In this document: positions 28,937 to 38,186 of the stretch, piece by piece | How positions within the stretch are numbered: position 1 is the stretch's first letter | Layout of the letters: the number at the start of each line of letters is the position of its first letter | From: a virus | Taxonomy: Duplodnaviria; Caudoviricetes | IMG/VR virus record: IMGVR_UViG_3300042523_000723 | Location: 1-64,000 of that record | DNA length: 64,000 nt | Direction: 5' to 3' (one strand) | The notes under the pieces: model-generated | Seen by the model: the letters and a program-made list of their open reading frames with translations, nothing else | Databases searched by the model: none | Told to the model about the DNA's origin: nothing | Made by a program: the position numbers and the translations under genes

Positions 28937-30574
28937 ATGAAATACATTATATCTGAAAATCAATATAAGATATTACTTAAAGAAGATAGGGTAGAATTCT
29001 TAAGAAATCAAAATGTAATTGATCCAGAAACATTAGACCAAGCGGTAGAGGGTGAAAATGAAAGAGAAGATGAAAGAGAACCGGGAGGTGGTAGAAATAG
29101 AAGAATTAACGTTAAACCTATCGAAAATCATGAGGGTATCGATATCGCATATATTGTTACTAGTAGAAATGGTAAACAATCAATAAAATTATCGCCAGAA
29201 ATATTTCAAGACATTGTAGATGCCGACCCATCGAACAATAAACAATATGTTCAGTGGATGATTAAAGTGTTTATGAATCATATTAACGAAAATGATTTCG
29301 AACAAGCGGTTAGATTTTTAGCGGAAGATTTACCTGAAGCGAATGAATTTTTAGGTGTTTTCGATAAAGTTAAAAGTAAAAAAGTATTTAAAAGAAGTGC
29401 ACCTAATAGACCTAACGCACCTCAAAATGTGACAGACATCAACCAATACAGCGATCTAGCACACCTATATAGTGTAGTGAGTCCCTTTGTTGGTGCCGAA
29501 GATGAAGACGAAGATGGGGAAAGTAAGATTTGGAAAAGTTTGAAAAAATTCGTTGACTTAGGTGAGGCAAGACTAGCATATCGAGATAATGACGTATTAG
29601 TATATACACCATTAACAAGGGATTCGAGTTGTGAACCTTTAGGTGGTTTAGCCTCTTGGTGTACTAGAAGAGAAGGTAACAGTTATTTTGATAGTTATAG
29701 AAGAAATAACCCAAAACCTGATGGGTCACTTTCCGATTATTATGTAATTATGCCTAAAAAACTTTTCGATGGTGATGATGAAGGTGGTTTATATCCACTA
29801 CAATTCCATTTTGAATCTAATCAAATACACGATAAAAATAACTCATCTATAGAAAACAGCAGTAAGTTAGATAGTGTTTTAAATAGATTTTCAGGACTTA
29901 GGGATTTCTTTAAGAAAGAATTGGGTGCGTTAGTAGAGATGGACGTAAGAAAAGGATCGGGACTTATGGAGAGTTCATATATTAAATATTTAAATAAGTT
30001 TGGTGGATCCGCGAAAGAACACATAAGCGGTGAAGCGTATGAAGAAGGTGTTAAGAATATTAAGAAATTAGCGTCAGAACAAACTGTACCATTAAAACAA
30101 AACAAATACTTAAATTGGTTATTAGATAATGTTGATGATGTCGATGTTACAGAGTATTTAGATAAGGATACTGTTGAGATGGTAGACTTTTCTGATATGA
30201 AGATTAAAACTCTACCAGACTTATCAGGATTCAAAAAACTAAGTCATTTAGCAGCCATAAATTGTGGCCTTGATAAATTCCCACCTGCGGATTACTTACC
30301 ATTGGACACATTGGTAATGCTTTCATTAAGTAATAATAATATTGTGGAAATACCTGGTGAGGGATATGAAAAATTAAAAACTGTATTTGGAATATCTGCA
30401 GGTGGTAACCCGATTAAAAAAGTTAACAACGAAACATTAAAGAAAATGTGTACTAAAGAAGGTGCTACCATCGTTAGACTTTCTTTCGACACTAATGGTT
30501 TAGAAGGTGAAAATAAAGAAGAATTCTACAAGATGAAAGATGAGTTCTGTCAGGGGATAATGTGGTCAATATAA
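28937..30574 (+). CDS. leader-bearing protein with WCT motif domain and C-terminal leucine-rich repeats
   Basis: MKYIISENQYKILLKE; ADPSNNKQYVQWM; SWCTR; LRR-like LSLSNNNIVEIP, ISAGGNPIKK. Confidence 0.7.
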   Translation: MKYIISENQYKILLKEDRVEFLRNQNVIDPETLDQAVEGENEREDEREPGGGRNRRINVKPIENHEGIDIAYIVTSRNGKQSIKLSPEIFQDIVDADPSNNKQYVQWMIKVFMNHINENDFEQAVRFLAEDLPEANEFLGVFDKVKSKKVFKRSAPNRPNAPQNVTDINQYSDLAHLYSVVSPFVGAEDEDEDGESKIWKSLKKFVDLGEARLAYRDNDVLVYTPLTRDSSCEPLGGLASWCTRREGNSYFDSYRRNNPKPDGSLSDYYVIMPKKLFDGDDEGGLYPLQFHFESNQIHDKNNSSIENSSKLDSVLNRFSGLRDFFKKELGALVEMDVRKGSGLMESSYIKYLNKFGGSAKEHISGEAYEEGVKNIKKLASEQTVPLKQNKYLNWLLDNVDDVDVTEYLDKDTVEMVDFSDMKIKTLPDLSGFKKLSHLAAINCGLDKFPPADYLPLDTLVMLSLSNNNIVEIPGEGYEKLKTVFGISAGGNPIKKVNNETLKKMCTKEGATIVRLSFDTNGLEGENKEEFYKMKDEFCQGIMWSI

Positions 30575-30612
30575 CAATAGATTAAAATAACAATAGAGTA
30601 AAAATAAATAAA

Positions 30613-30747
30613 ATGAATAAAGGTAAAAAAACAATCAGACTTACGGAATCAGAAATGGTTGAGATGATCGAAAGAATCGTTAATGAAGTAAAAAGAGAAA
30701 AAAGAAATCAAATTTCTGAGTCACGTAGAAGATATAATAGAAAATAG
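30613..30747 (+). CDS. 44-aa leader-only micro-protein
   Basis: MNKGKKTIRLTESEMVEMIERIVNEVKREKRNQISESRRRYNRK; below the ORF-track cutoff. Confidence 0.6.
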   Translation: MNKGKKTIRLTESEMVEMIERIVNEVKREKRNQISESRRRYNRK

Positions 30748-30831
30748 ATATTATTATGGTAAAAGGTAATATTGGAAATCTTAATGAATAATCAACTACT
30801 GTCGCAGATGTTACCGATTTAGGGCTTATAT

Positions 30832-30868
30832 TAAACACCATCTCTACGATTGAGTAGAGGTGGTGTTT
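30832..30868. terminator. strong hairpin between convergent units
   Basis: aaacaccatctctac-gattga-gtagaggtggtgttt. Confidence 0.75.
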
Positions 30869-30948
30869 ATGAACTAAATACTAAATTTTTCATATTTATT
30901 TGTTTTATAATACGAATAAAAAACAAATAATTTAAACTGCCAAATTTT

Positions 30949-33180
30949 TTAAGAGATTTTTATCACAATTTCTTCTTTTGCCTTAGAATAACTCACTTTA
31001 ATAGTTTGACCTTCTTCTACTCTACCACTTAAAATTTCTTCAGAGACAGGATCCTCAATATGTTTTTGTATTGCCCTATTCAATGGTCTTGCCCCATATT
31101 CTTCATCGTATCCGACATCCACTAAATGATCTTTCGCAGTTTTATTTATTTGTAGTGTATAACCTATTTCAGATACCCTTTTCACTAATTTAACAATTTC
31201 TAAGTCAACAATCTTACCGATTTGTTCCTTAGTTAATGATTTAAATATAATAACATCATCTAATCTATTTAGGAACTCAGGTGGAAATTGTTTTTTAAGT
31301 TCATCAGTTAACATACTCTCTTTAATGTCATCTCGTTTCTCCAATTTAGATTTAGTACCAAAACCAACGCCCGTACCAAAGTCTCGTAGTTTCTTAACAC
31401 CAACATTAGATGTCATTATAACCATACAGTTTTTAAAGTTAACTTTTCTTCCTGACGAATCCGTTAAATGTCCATCATCTAATAATTGTAATAGGATATT
31501 GTATATTTCTTTATGTGCCTTTTCAATCTCATCAAATAGTACAATAGAATACGGTTTTCTCCTAACTTTCTCAGTGAGTTGCCCACCATCTTCATGTCCA
31601 ACGTAACCCGGAGGAGAACCTATTAATCTAGAGATAGAATGTTTTTCCTGAAATTCAGACATATCTAATCTAATTAATGAATCTTCATCACCGAACATAT
31701 GCTCCGCCAATTTTTTCGCAATATGAGTTTTACCCACCCCACTATTTCCAATAAACATGAAAGTTCCTACTGGTTTTTTAGGGTTCCTGATCCCAACTCG
31801 ATTTCTTCTTAATGATTTGGCAATCTTTTCTAACGCTACTTCTTGACCGATAACTTGTTTACCCATCTCTTTTTCCATCTCTAACATCCTCTTACCTTGA
31901 TCACCACTAATTCTTTTTAATGGTATTCCCGTCATAGATGCAACCACTTCATTAACGTCTTCAGGGGTTATTATTTTTTTATCTTTACTTAAACTATCTA
32001 CCCACTTTACCTTTTCACCATCCAACCTTTCGTTGATTATTCTCTCTTCGTCTCTTAATCTCGCCGCCTCTTCGTATTTTTGTTTCTTAACAACTTCACT
32101 CTTTTTATTTTTTAACTCTAAAATTTTATCTTCTAAATCATTAATTGCCTTTGGGACTTTAACGTTAATCTGACTTCTAGATCCAACCTCATCCATAATG
32201 TCAATCGCTTTATCGGGAAATTCTCTGTCTGTGATATATCTATCCGACATCTTAACACATTGTTCGATTGTCTCTGTTGGGTAAAATACTTTATGGTAAG
32301 TTTCATACGAATCTTTAATTTTCATTAAGATTTTTATCGTATCTTCTACTGAAGGTGGGTCAATAATTACTTGTTGGAATCTTCTCGCTAAGGCACCATC
32401 CTTCTCTATATTTTCTCTAAATTCATCTAATGTGGTTGCACCAATCAATTGTAAGTCACCTCTCGCCAACGCTGGTTTTAATACATTCGCAGCGTCCATA
32501 GATCCACTTGTGTTACCTGCACCTACTATAGTGTGAACTTCATCTATAAATAATATCACATTATCTACACCCATAAGTTCATCAACAACACCTTTAATCC
32601 TTTCTTCGAACTGTCCTCTATATTTTGTACCCGCAACTAATGAAGTTAAGTCTAATGAAACAATTCTTTTATCTAACAACGTTCTAGGTGCGTCACCTTG
32701 TACAATTTTTAACGCCAACCCCTCTACTATTGTGGTTTTACCAGTATTATGACTAATTATCCCGTTCGAGACGTATCTATGGTTATTATCTTTAACCTCA
32801 AAATCATACGTATCATGAACCCCTATGTCCGTTTTAGATACAACCTCAACCATACCATCAATAGTGTTAACAAAATCACCAATTTCTACTAAACCTAATG
32901 GTAACCATGTAGCACCATCTAATTTCTTAACCCTACCATCCTCAATATCAACCATTAAATAGTGATCCTCAGATGCTTCCAAAAACATACCGTTAGATAA
33001 TTCAACCCTAAAACATTTTTTATCTTTTTTAGTTATTAAAGAACCCAGACTACTAAAACCTTCATCAGTTTCTATTTGGTAGGTACCACCTTCGTCTTTT
33101 ACCATGTTAAAGAAATCCGTAACTGACATCTCAACAACATCATCGATTTCCATACTTTTTTTATTTTCCTTTGTTTCCAT
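30949..33180 (-). CDS. clpC: ClpC ATPase C-terminal part fused to IntC of a split intein
   Basis: After ...ISHN come TGKT (rest of Walker A), ILFIDEVH, UVR-like KYEEAARLRDEE, second Walker A GNSGVGKT, GVGFG ClpP-docking loop and YGARPL. Confidence 0.9.
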   Translation of the reverse strand: METKENKKSMEIDDVVEMSVTDFFNMVKDEGGTYQIETDEGFSSLGSLITKKDKKCFRVELSNGMFLEASEDHYLMVDIEDGRVKKLDGATWLPLGLVEIGDFVNTIDGMVEVVSKTDIGVHDTYDFEVKDNNHRYVSNGIISHNTGKTTIVEGLALKIVQGDAPRTLLDKRIVSLDLTSLVAGTKYRGQFEERIKGVVDELMGVDNVILFIDEVHTIVGAGNTSGSMDAANVLKPALARGDLQLIGATTLDEFRENIEKDGALARRFQQVIIDPPSVEDTIKILMKIKDSYETYHKVFYPTETIEQCVKMSDRYITDREFPDKAIDIMDEVGSRSQINVKVPKAINDLEDKILELKNKKSEVVKKQKYEEAARLRDEERIINERLDGEKVKWVDSLSKDKKIITPEDVNEVVASMTGIPLKRISGDQGKRMLEMEKEMGKQVIGQEVALEKIAKSLRRNRVGIRNPKKPVGTFMFIGNSGVGKTHIAKKLAEHMFGDEDSLIRLDMSEFQEKHSISRLIGSPPGYVGHEDGGQLTEKVRRKPYSIVLFDEIEKAHKEIYNILLQLLDDGHLTDSSGRKVNFKNCMVIMTSNVGVKKLRDFGTGVGFGTKSKLEKRDDIKESMLTDELKKQFPPEFLNRLDDVIIFKSLTKEQIGKIVDLEIVKLVKRVSEIGYTLQINKTAKDHLVDVGYDEEYGARPLNRAIQKHIEDPVSEEILSGRVEEGQTIKVSYSKAKEEIVIKIS
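32746..33180 (-). mobile_element. split intein C-fragment (145 aa)
   Basis: Contains block B LEASEDH, block F TYDFEV and terminal SHN followed by Thr+1. Confidence 0.85.
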
Positions 33181-33436
33181 ACTCTTTATTTAATTTTTTA
33201 ATAATTTCACTAACTGAGGTATCATAAATAACATTATAACCATTGTCTTTAAAAAAGACAATCTTATCACCCATTTTACGTGAATATTCGTCTAACATTT
33301 TATTATCAACATAACCAACATTTTTAATTAATCCAAAATATTCGATATATGTGTCGTATTTAGTAAGGTAGAAATCGTACCTATATTTTTTACCATCTGG
33401 GTACCACTCATCATGTTTGAAGTCTATATTGATATG
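33162..33436 (-). pseudogene. 5'-truncated PD-(D/E)xK/DUF559-like homing endonuclease between the clpC halves
   Basis: Alternative frame reads [34 protein letters not shown]...KLNKEYGNKGK*; no ATG upstream of the nuclease motif; stop overlaps the IntC ORF start. Confidence 0.65.
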
Positions 33437-34146
33437 TCAGATATTTTCTTAACCTTGATTTTAGTATCACCTAATACACAACCCGGATCACCAATAATAA
33501 TAGGATTATTCTTTTTCTTTCTCGCCAATATTTGGGCAACTCTTTGAATTGACTCGTCCCTACCAATTACCGGATCAATCTTACCTTCGGACGCTCTTTT
33601 AGTAACATCGATAGAAAAATTATCTAATATAGGTGTTTCATTAGACTTACTACTTTTTAATTTATTTTTACTTTCTCTACTTTTATTTTCATCTTCATTT
33701 TCCATAGGTTCTATCGCACTTACAATGTTATCTTTATAATTTTTATAAGAAATCTTCGCACTTTTTAACATTGAGGACATATTAGTTTTTACTTTAAGTG
33801 TTGCCAAAAGAATGTGTTGGGTGTCCAAGTATTCATCGTTTAATTTATCACACTCTATTTCCGCACCCTTTAAAATGTTTTCTGTCATTTCTTCCAATGG
33901 GAAATCTTTATTATTAATTTTCACATTATCATAATCCTCTTCTCTTAACAAAGACTTCTCTATAGTTTTATGTAAATTATCCACATCAACACCCATATTA
34001 ATTAATGTCTTTATCGCATTATTATTATAGTCGTTTATTAATGATATTATTATATGTTCAATTCTAACCTCATAATCACCATAAAATTTCGCCTGTTTTA
34101 TGGACATATTTATAATCCTCTTAACTTTAGGTAATACTTTTTTCAT
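33424..34146 (-). CDS. clpC: ClpC N-terminal part fused to 18-aa IntN
   Basis: Clp N-domain repeats ([17 protein letters not shown]), LDNFSIDVT...IDPVIGRD...[16 protein letters not shown], then [18 protein letters not shown] (intein block A, 33427-33480). Confidence 0.9.
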   Translation of the reverse strand: MKKVLPKVKRIINMSIKQAKFYGDYEVRIEHIIISLINDYNNNAIKTLINMGVDVDNLHKTIEKSLLREEDYDNVKINNKDFPLEEMTENILKGAEIECDKLNDEYLDTQHILLATLKVKTNMSSMLKSAKISYKNYKDNIVSAIEPMENEDENKSRESKNKLKSSKSNETPILDNFSIDVTKRASEGKIDPVIGRDESIQRVAQILARKKKNNPIIIGDPGCVLGDTKIKVKKISDISI

Positions 34147-34206
34147 TTTAAATTTGTTTTTTTAATTAAATATCATTATCTTTGTTTCAAAGTTAACTAT
34201 AAAATC

Positions 34207-35130
34207 ATGAAAAGTCAATACAAATTACAATTAGGTGATACAAAAATCGTTCTAAAAGAAATGATCGATAACGGTGAAAAGGTTGATATGATATTCACTT
34301 CTCCCCCTTATTTTTCAATGAGAAAGAATTATAGTGGAAATGATGATGGGGAAATCGGATCCATTCACGTTGACGATTACGCAGATTGGTTGTTAGAATT
34401 CACTGAATTGTTTTTACAGGTTCTTAAACCTGATGGTAGTTTTTTCTTAAATATTAACGATAAAATTGATAAGGGTGTTGTTCATCCTGTTTTAGATGAG
34501 TTAAGATATAAGATGAGGAAACAAGGTTGGTATATGGTTGCGAAACCATATATTTGGTTTAAAAAGAACGCAATACCCACAAACTGTAAATATAGGGCAA
34601 TCGATAGATACGAATATGTTTTCCATTTTAGCAATTCAAACAAACCCAAATTTAGGGCTGACAATTGTAGGACAGAACATTCTGATGTCACTAAAAAAAG
34701 GTTTGAGAAACCTGTTACCACAATTAACTCTAGAGATGGTGTTTATGATTCACAAATGAAGGAGTTAAATGAAAAGGGATCGTTACCACATAATGTTGTT
34801 ATCGCTGCGGCGGAATCTAATCCGGGTATTTTACACCCTGCACCGTTTACGGTTGAATTGGCAGAGTGGTTTGTTAAGATTGGTAGTGATGAGAATGATG
34901 TCGTTTTAGATCCATTCGCAGGTTCATCTACAACGGGAGTGGCATCACTAAAGAATAACAGAAAGTTCATTGGTATTGATTTGGTTGAGTTCAATATTAA
35001 CTTCGGTAGAAAGAGAATGGATCATTACTTAGAAACTGGTGAGACATATATACCTAAAAAAGAATTAGAAGAAAAGGATATAGATGTCAATTATTACAAA
35101 ATTAAAGGTAAACATATAAACAATCCATGA
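34207..35130 (+). CDS. DNA methyltransferase, beta class (N4-C/N6-A)
   Basis: FTSPPYF catalytic motif preceding HPAPF and VLDPFAGSSTT SAM-binding motif. Confidence 0.9.
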   Translation: MKSQYKLQLGDTKIVLKEMIDNGEKVDMIFTSPPYFSMRKNYSGNDDGEIGSIHVDDYADWLLEFTELFLQVLKPDGSFFLNINDKIDKGVVHPVLDELRYKMRKQGWYMVAKPYIWFKKNAIPTNCKYRAIDRYEYVFHFSNSNKPKFRADNCRTEHSDVTKKRFEKPVTTINSRDGVYDSQMKELNEKGSLPHNVVIAAAESNPGILHPAPFTVELAEWFVKIGSDENDVVLDPFAGSSTTGVASLKNNRKFIGIDLVEFNINFGRKRMDHYLETGETYIPKKELEEKDIDVNYYKIKGKHINNP

Positions 35131-35212
35131 CAAATTGTCACATTTTAGTCGTTGGTATAACGTTTGTCTTGAACGTTTGTAAACATAATAACAATGAAAA
35201 ATAAAATTAATA

Positions 35213-35665
35213 ATGAGTACAAATTTTTTTAAGTTAATCGAAGAGTTCGAAACGATGTTAGTTAAAAATTCTTCCCCCAATTATAATCTTAAAGGTAGAT
35301 TAAATAGTGGTGGTAAAATATTAGGCTTTAGTACTAATATTCCCTCAACTAATATTTTTGAGGACGAATGGGGATATAGGTACGAAATCATTACACCTGG
35401 ATTATCTAAAGGGAATCTTTCTATTGAAATTAATGGTGAAACATTATCATTTAAAGGTGAACATAAATTAGAAAAAACAGAAAACGGTGATTATATATCT
35501 AAAGAGTATCGCTATAATAATTTTCATAGAACTTTTGATATCCCTACAAATGTTGTCAGTGAAGAAATTTACGCAAAAACAGAAAACGGTATAACGACAA
35601 TTTACTTACCAAAAGAAAAACTAAGTAAAACAAAGTCCTATAATAGAAAGGTAACTATAGATTAA
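35213..35665 (+). CDS. small heat-shock protein (Hsp20)
   Basis: TNIFEDE...PGLSKGNLSIEI...NFHRTFDIP...AKTENGITTIYLPK. Confidence 0.9.
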   Translation: MSTNFFKLIEEFETMLVKNSSPNYNLKGRLNSGGKILGFSTNIPSTNIFEDEWGYRYEIITPGLSKGNLSIEINGETLSFKGEHKLEKTENGDYISKEYRYNNFHRTFDIPTNVVSEEIYAKTENGITTIYLPKEKLSKTKSYNRKVTID

Positions 35666-35766
35666 GTACATATCTACTACATTTAAATGATTCATGACTT
35701 TACAAGTTGTGGATTTTTTTTATATTTATATTTGTTTAAATAATAAATTTTTTATATCTTTGTATT

Positions 35767-35991
35767 ATGATACCAAGTGCACCAACATTTAGAAAAATAG
35801 TTTTATTACTTAAAGACGAAGAAGGTAAACCTACAGACAGAATAGTATATGAAGATTCTGCAATGGTAATAACAGGTAATTATGTTTTAATTACTGAAGA
35901 GACAAGAGTTTCCATAAGTGAACCTTCTGAAATTAAGGGAGATGTTTATGAACTTAAAAATATACATTCATATAAACTTTTAAAAGATTAA
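35767..35991 (+). CDS. hypothetical protein
   Basis: TATCTTTG motif immediately upstream. Confidence 0.6.
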   Translation: MIPSAPTFRKIVLLLKDEEGKPTDRIVYEDSAMVITGNYVLITEETRVSISEPSEIKGDVYELKNIHSYKLLKD

Positions 35992-35993
35992 TT

Positions 35994-36290
35994 ATGGTTT
36001 TATTAAAACATGAAGAAAACGGTTCGATAGAGTGTCTTTATGACTCTTCTAATATTTTAGGGTCTAAGTATGTCGTTAATGAAAAAAAATTGGCACTTAT
36101 TTTTAACTCTGGTAGACAGTATATCTATGAGGGAGTTACCTTTACTGATTATAGTAAGTTTGAGGGGGGTAAAAGTCAGGGTAAGGTATTACACACAGTT
36201 ATTAAAAAATATTCGTATTCACAATCAAGTGATATAGTAGACGTACAACCAATAGTGGAACAAATAAATGAAATAAAAAAGACGTTATGA
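35994..36290 (+). CDS. KTSC domain protein
   Basis: DSSNILGSKY...LIFNSGRQYIYEGV...SQGK. Confidence 0.8.
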   Translation: MVLLKHEENGSIECLYDSSNILGSKYVVNEKKLALIFNSGRQYIYEGVTFTDYSKFEGGKSQGKVLHTVIKKYSYSQSSDIVDVQPIVEQINEIKKTL

Positions 36291-36478
36291 TTAAGAGTTA
36301 TCAGATAAAAAAGATTATGAATAAAGGTGGTAAACCACAACACGTTATTTTACTGGATTCGAATGGTGAGGTTTATGAGACATCGTGTTTTGGTGTGGTA
36401 ACGAAATTATGTGAACTATTAAATACCAACACAGATAGGGGTTGGAGATATGAAATTATTACTATAGGTAGTAAATAG
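36287..36478 (+). CDS. hypothetical protein
   Basis: Overlapping-start ORF in the same operon. Confidence 0.6.
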   Translation: MIKSYQIKKIMNKGGKPQHVILLDSNGEVYETSCFGVVTKLCELLNTNTDRGWRYEIITIGSK

Positions 36479-36532
36479 AAACGGGCGTTTCATAAATAAC
36501 AAATAACAAATAAAAATTAAAAACAAATAGTT

Positions 36533-36922
36533 ATGGAAAAATTATCATTCGCTTTGGGTGTTGCTTCTGTATTGGTTGTGCTTATGGGTATAGTCATTAC
36601 TTGGGTTACACTTAAGGTTATAAAGTTAATTAAAATTAACAAAAACTTAGAAAGTTACATATCTGAAACAGATAGAAGTATACATAATAGAATAGACAGA
36701 ACAGAACACAATTATTCTGGTGAAATAAAAGAAATATATGACACATTCCACAGACGGATTGATGACTCATATAGAAATATTGACCAAACGGTTGAACGAT
36801 CCCATTCACATACGGTTGAGTTACATAATGAGGCTATAAGATATATAGACTCTAGAATAGACAAGTTACTCAATAATCCTAAATTTTGTTTAAACAAAGA
36901 AAAGGAATTATTGACGGATTAA
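36533..36922 (+). CDS. single-pass membrane protein with coiled coil
   Basis: N-terminal hydrophobic helix, YIDSRIDKL; flanked by a 12-bp inverted repeat. Confidence 0.65.
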   Translation: MEKLSFALGVASVLVVLMGIVITWVTLKVIKLIKINKNLESYISETDRSIHNRIDRTEHNYSGEIKEIYDTFHRRIDDSYRNIDQTVERSHSHTVELHNEAIRYIDSRIDKLLNNPKFCLNKEKELLTD

Positions 36923-36994
36923 AATAAGAATACGCCCGTTTCTTATTTTTAAGATATTTATCCATATATTAATATATTTATTAAAAAAAGATTT

Positions 36995-37789
36995 ATGGAT
37001 ATTATAAAAATTACTGAACAAGATATCAATGATATCATCCAAAAAGAAAACATTGACTTCTCTTCATTTGAAGTGAGATCCACACTTAACCCAAAAATAT
37101 TCGATAAAGAACAACATATGTATGAGGATATTAGAAGGAGACTTCTTATGATTGCAGATGATTTCTTTGAAACATTAAATGTAAGTTGGGTAGACATAAA
37201 TGACATTATTTTAACTGGTAGTTTGGCGAACTTTAATTGGTCAAAATTTTCAGATGTAGACTTACATATATTAGTAGATTTTGGTGAAGTTGACGAAAAC
37301 GAAGAGTTAGTTAAAGAATATTTCAACTCCAAAAAGAATTTATGGAATGAAAAACACGACATAACTATTAAAGGTTATGATGTGGAATTATATATGCAAG
37401 ATACTGAAGAACCACACGTTTCTAGTGGTGTATATTCTATTCTATGGGATGGATGGGTAGTACAACCTGACTCAACTAAAAAAGAAATAGACGCAAAAAA
37501 AGTAGAACAAAAAGTTAATAATATTATAGACACAATACATGATGTCTATTATATGTATAAAAATGAGGAATACGATAAAACTATCAGAATGATTAAAAAC
37601 CTAAAAGAAAAAATCAAAAAAATGAGACAAACTGGTTTAGATCGTGAAGGTGAGTATTCGTTTGAGAATATCGCATTTAAAGTATTAAGGAGAACCATGT
37701 ATTTAGATAAATTAAGTGAAATTGAGAATAGTTCATATGATAAATCTTTAACATTAGATGAGTCTATGTTAAGAATTAAAACATTATAA
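36995..37789 (+). CDS. nucleotidyltransferase (Pol beta superfamily)
   Basis: LTGSLANFNWSKFSDVDLHI and VELYMQD. Confidence 0.8.
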   Translation: MDIIKITEQDINDIIQKENIDFSSFEVRSTLNPKIFDKEQHMYEDIRRRLLMIADDFFETLNVSWVDINDIILTGSLANFNWSKFSDVDLHILVDFGEVDENEELVKEYFNSKKNLWNEKHDITIKGYDVELYMQDTEEPHVSSGVYSILWDGWVVQPDSTKKEIDAKKVEQKVNNIIDTIHDVYYMYKNEEYDKTIRMIKNLKEKIKKMRQTGLDREGEYSFENIAFKVLRRTMYLDKLSEIENSSYDKSLTLDESMLRIKTL

Positions 37790-37845
37790 AAATTAATTTG
37801 CGTTTTTTTATGAAAAATGCAATATTTATTTAATAAAAGATAATT

Positions 37846-38166
37846 ATGGGAACATATTTAACGGGAACTTATTCCGTATTACATACATCAGGTACTACAG
37901 ACTTCACTAATTTTGTATATAGTGCAGTTTATTTCAACTCTGGATCAACATACACTATTAATGGTACTAATGTTATTGGGGTCGCAGGTAAAACATTAGA
38001 CATTATAGTACAAGTGGATGGCACAACACTAAGTACAGGATACCTATTATTAGGTAATTCAATTCCACCACAAACAAAAATTAATACAGGTTTAATTACT
38101 GCAACTGGTGGTACAGAACAATATCAATTTGTAAACATTAAAACCGGTTTACCAACTAACGGATAA
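37846..38166 (+). CDS. Thr/Gly-rich small protein, probably virion-associated
   Basis: Composition; late-type motif upstream. Confidence 0.6.
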   Translation: MGTYLTGTYSVLHTSGTTDFTNFVYSAVYFNSGSTYTINGTNVIGVAGKTLDIIVQVDGTTLSTGYLLLGNSIPPQTKINTGLITATGGTEQYQFVNIKTGLPTNG

Positions 38167-38186
38167 AATGAAATAAAAACATAAAA

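Noticed and set aside
33181-33426. Read-through or a single programmed frameshift joining the two clpC ORFs into one cis-intein
   Set aside because: The ORFs are in the same frame, but the gap has a further TAA in that frame, and the endonuclease-like frame stops just inside the IntC ORF; two shifts would be needed
34207-35130. Complete restriction-modification system
   Set aside because: No adjacent restriction endonuclease; an orphan protective methylase is ordinary for large phages
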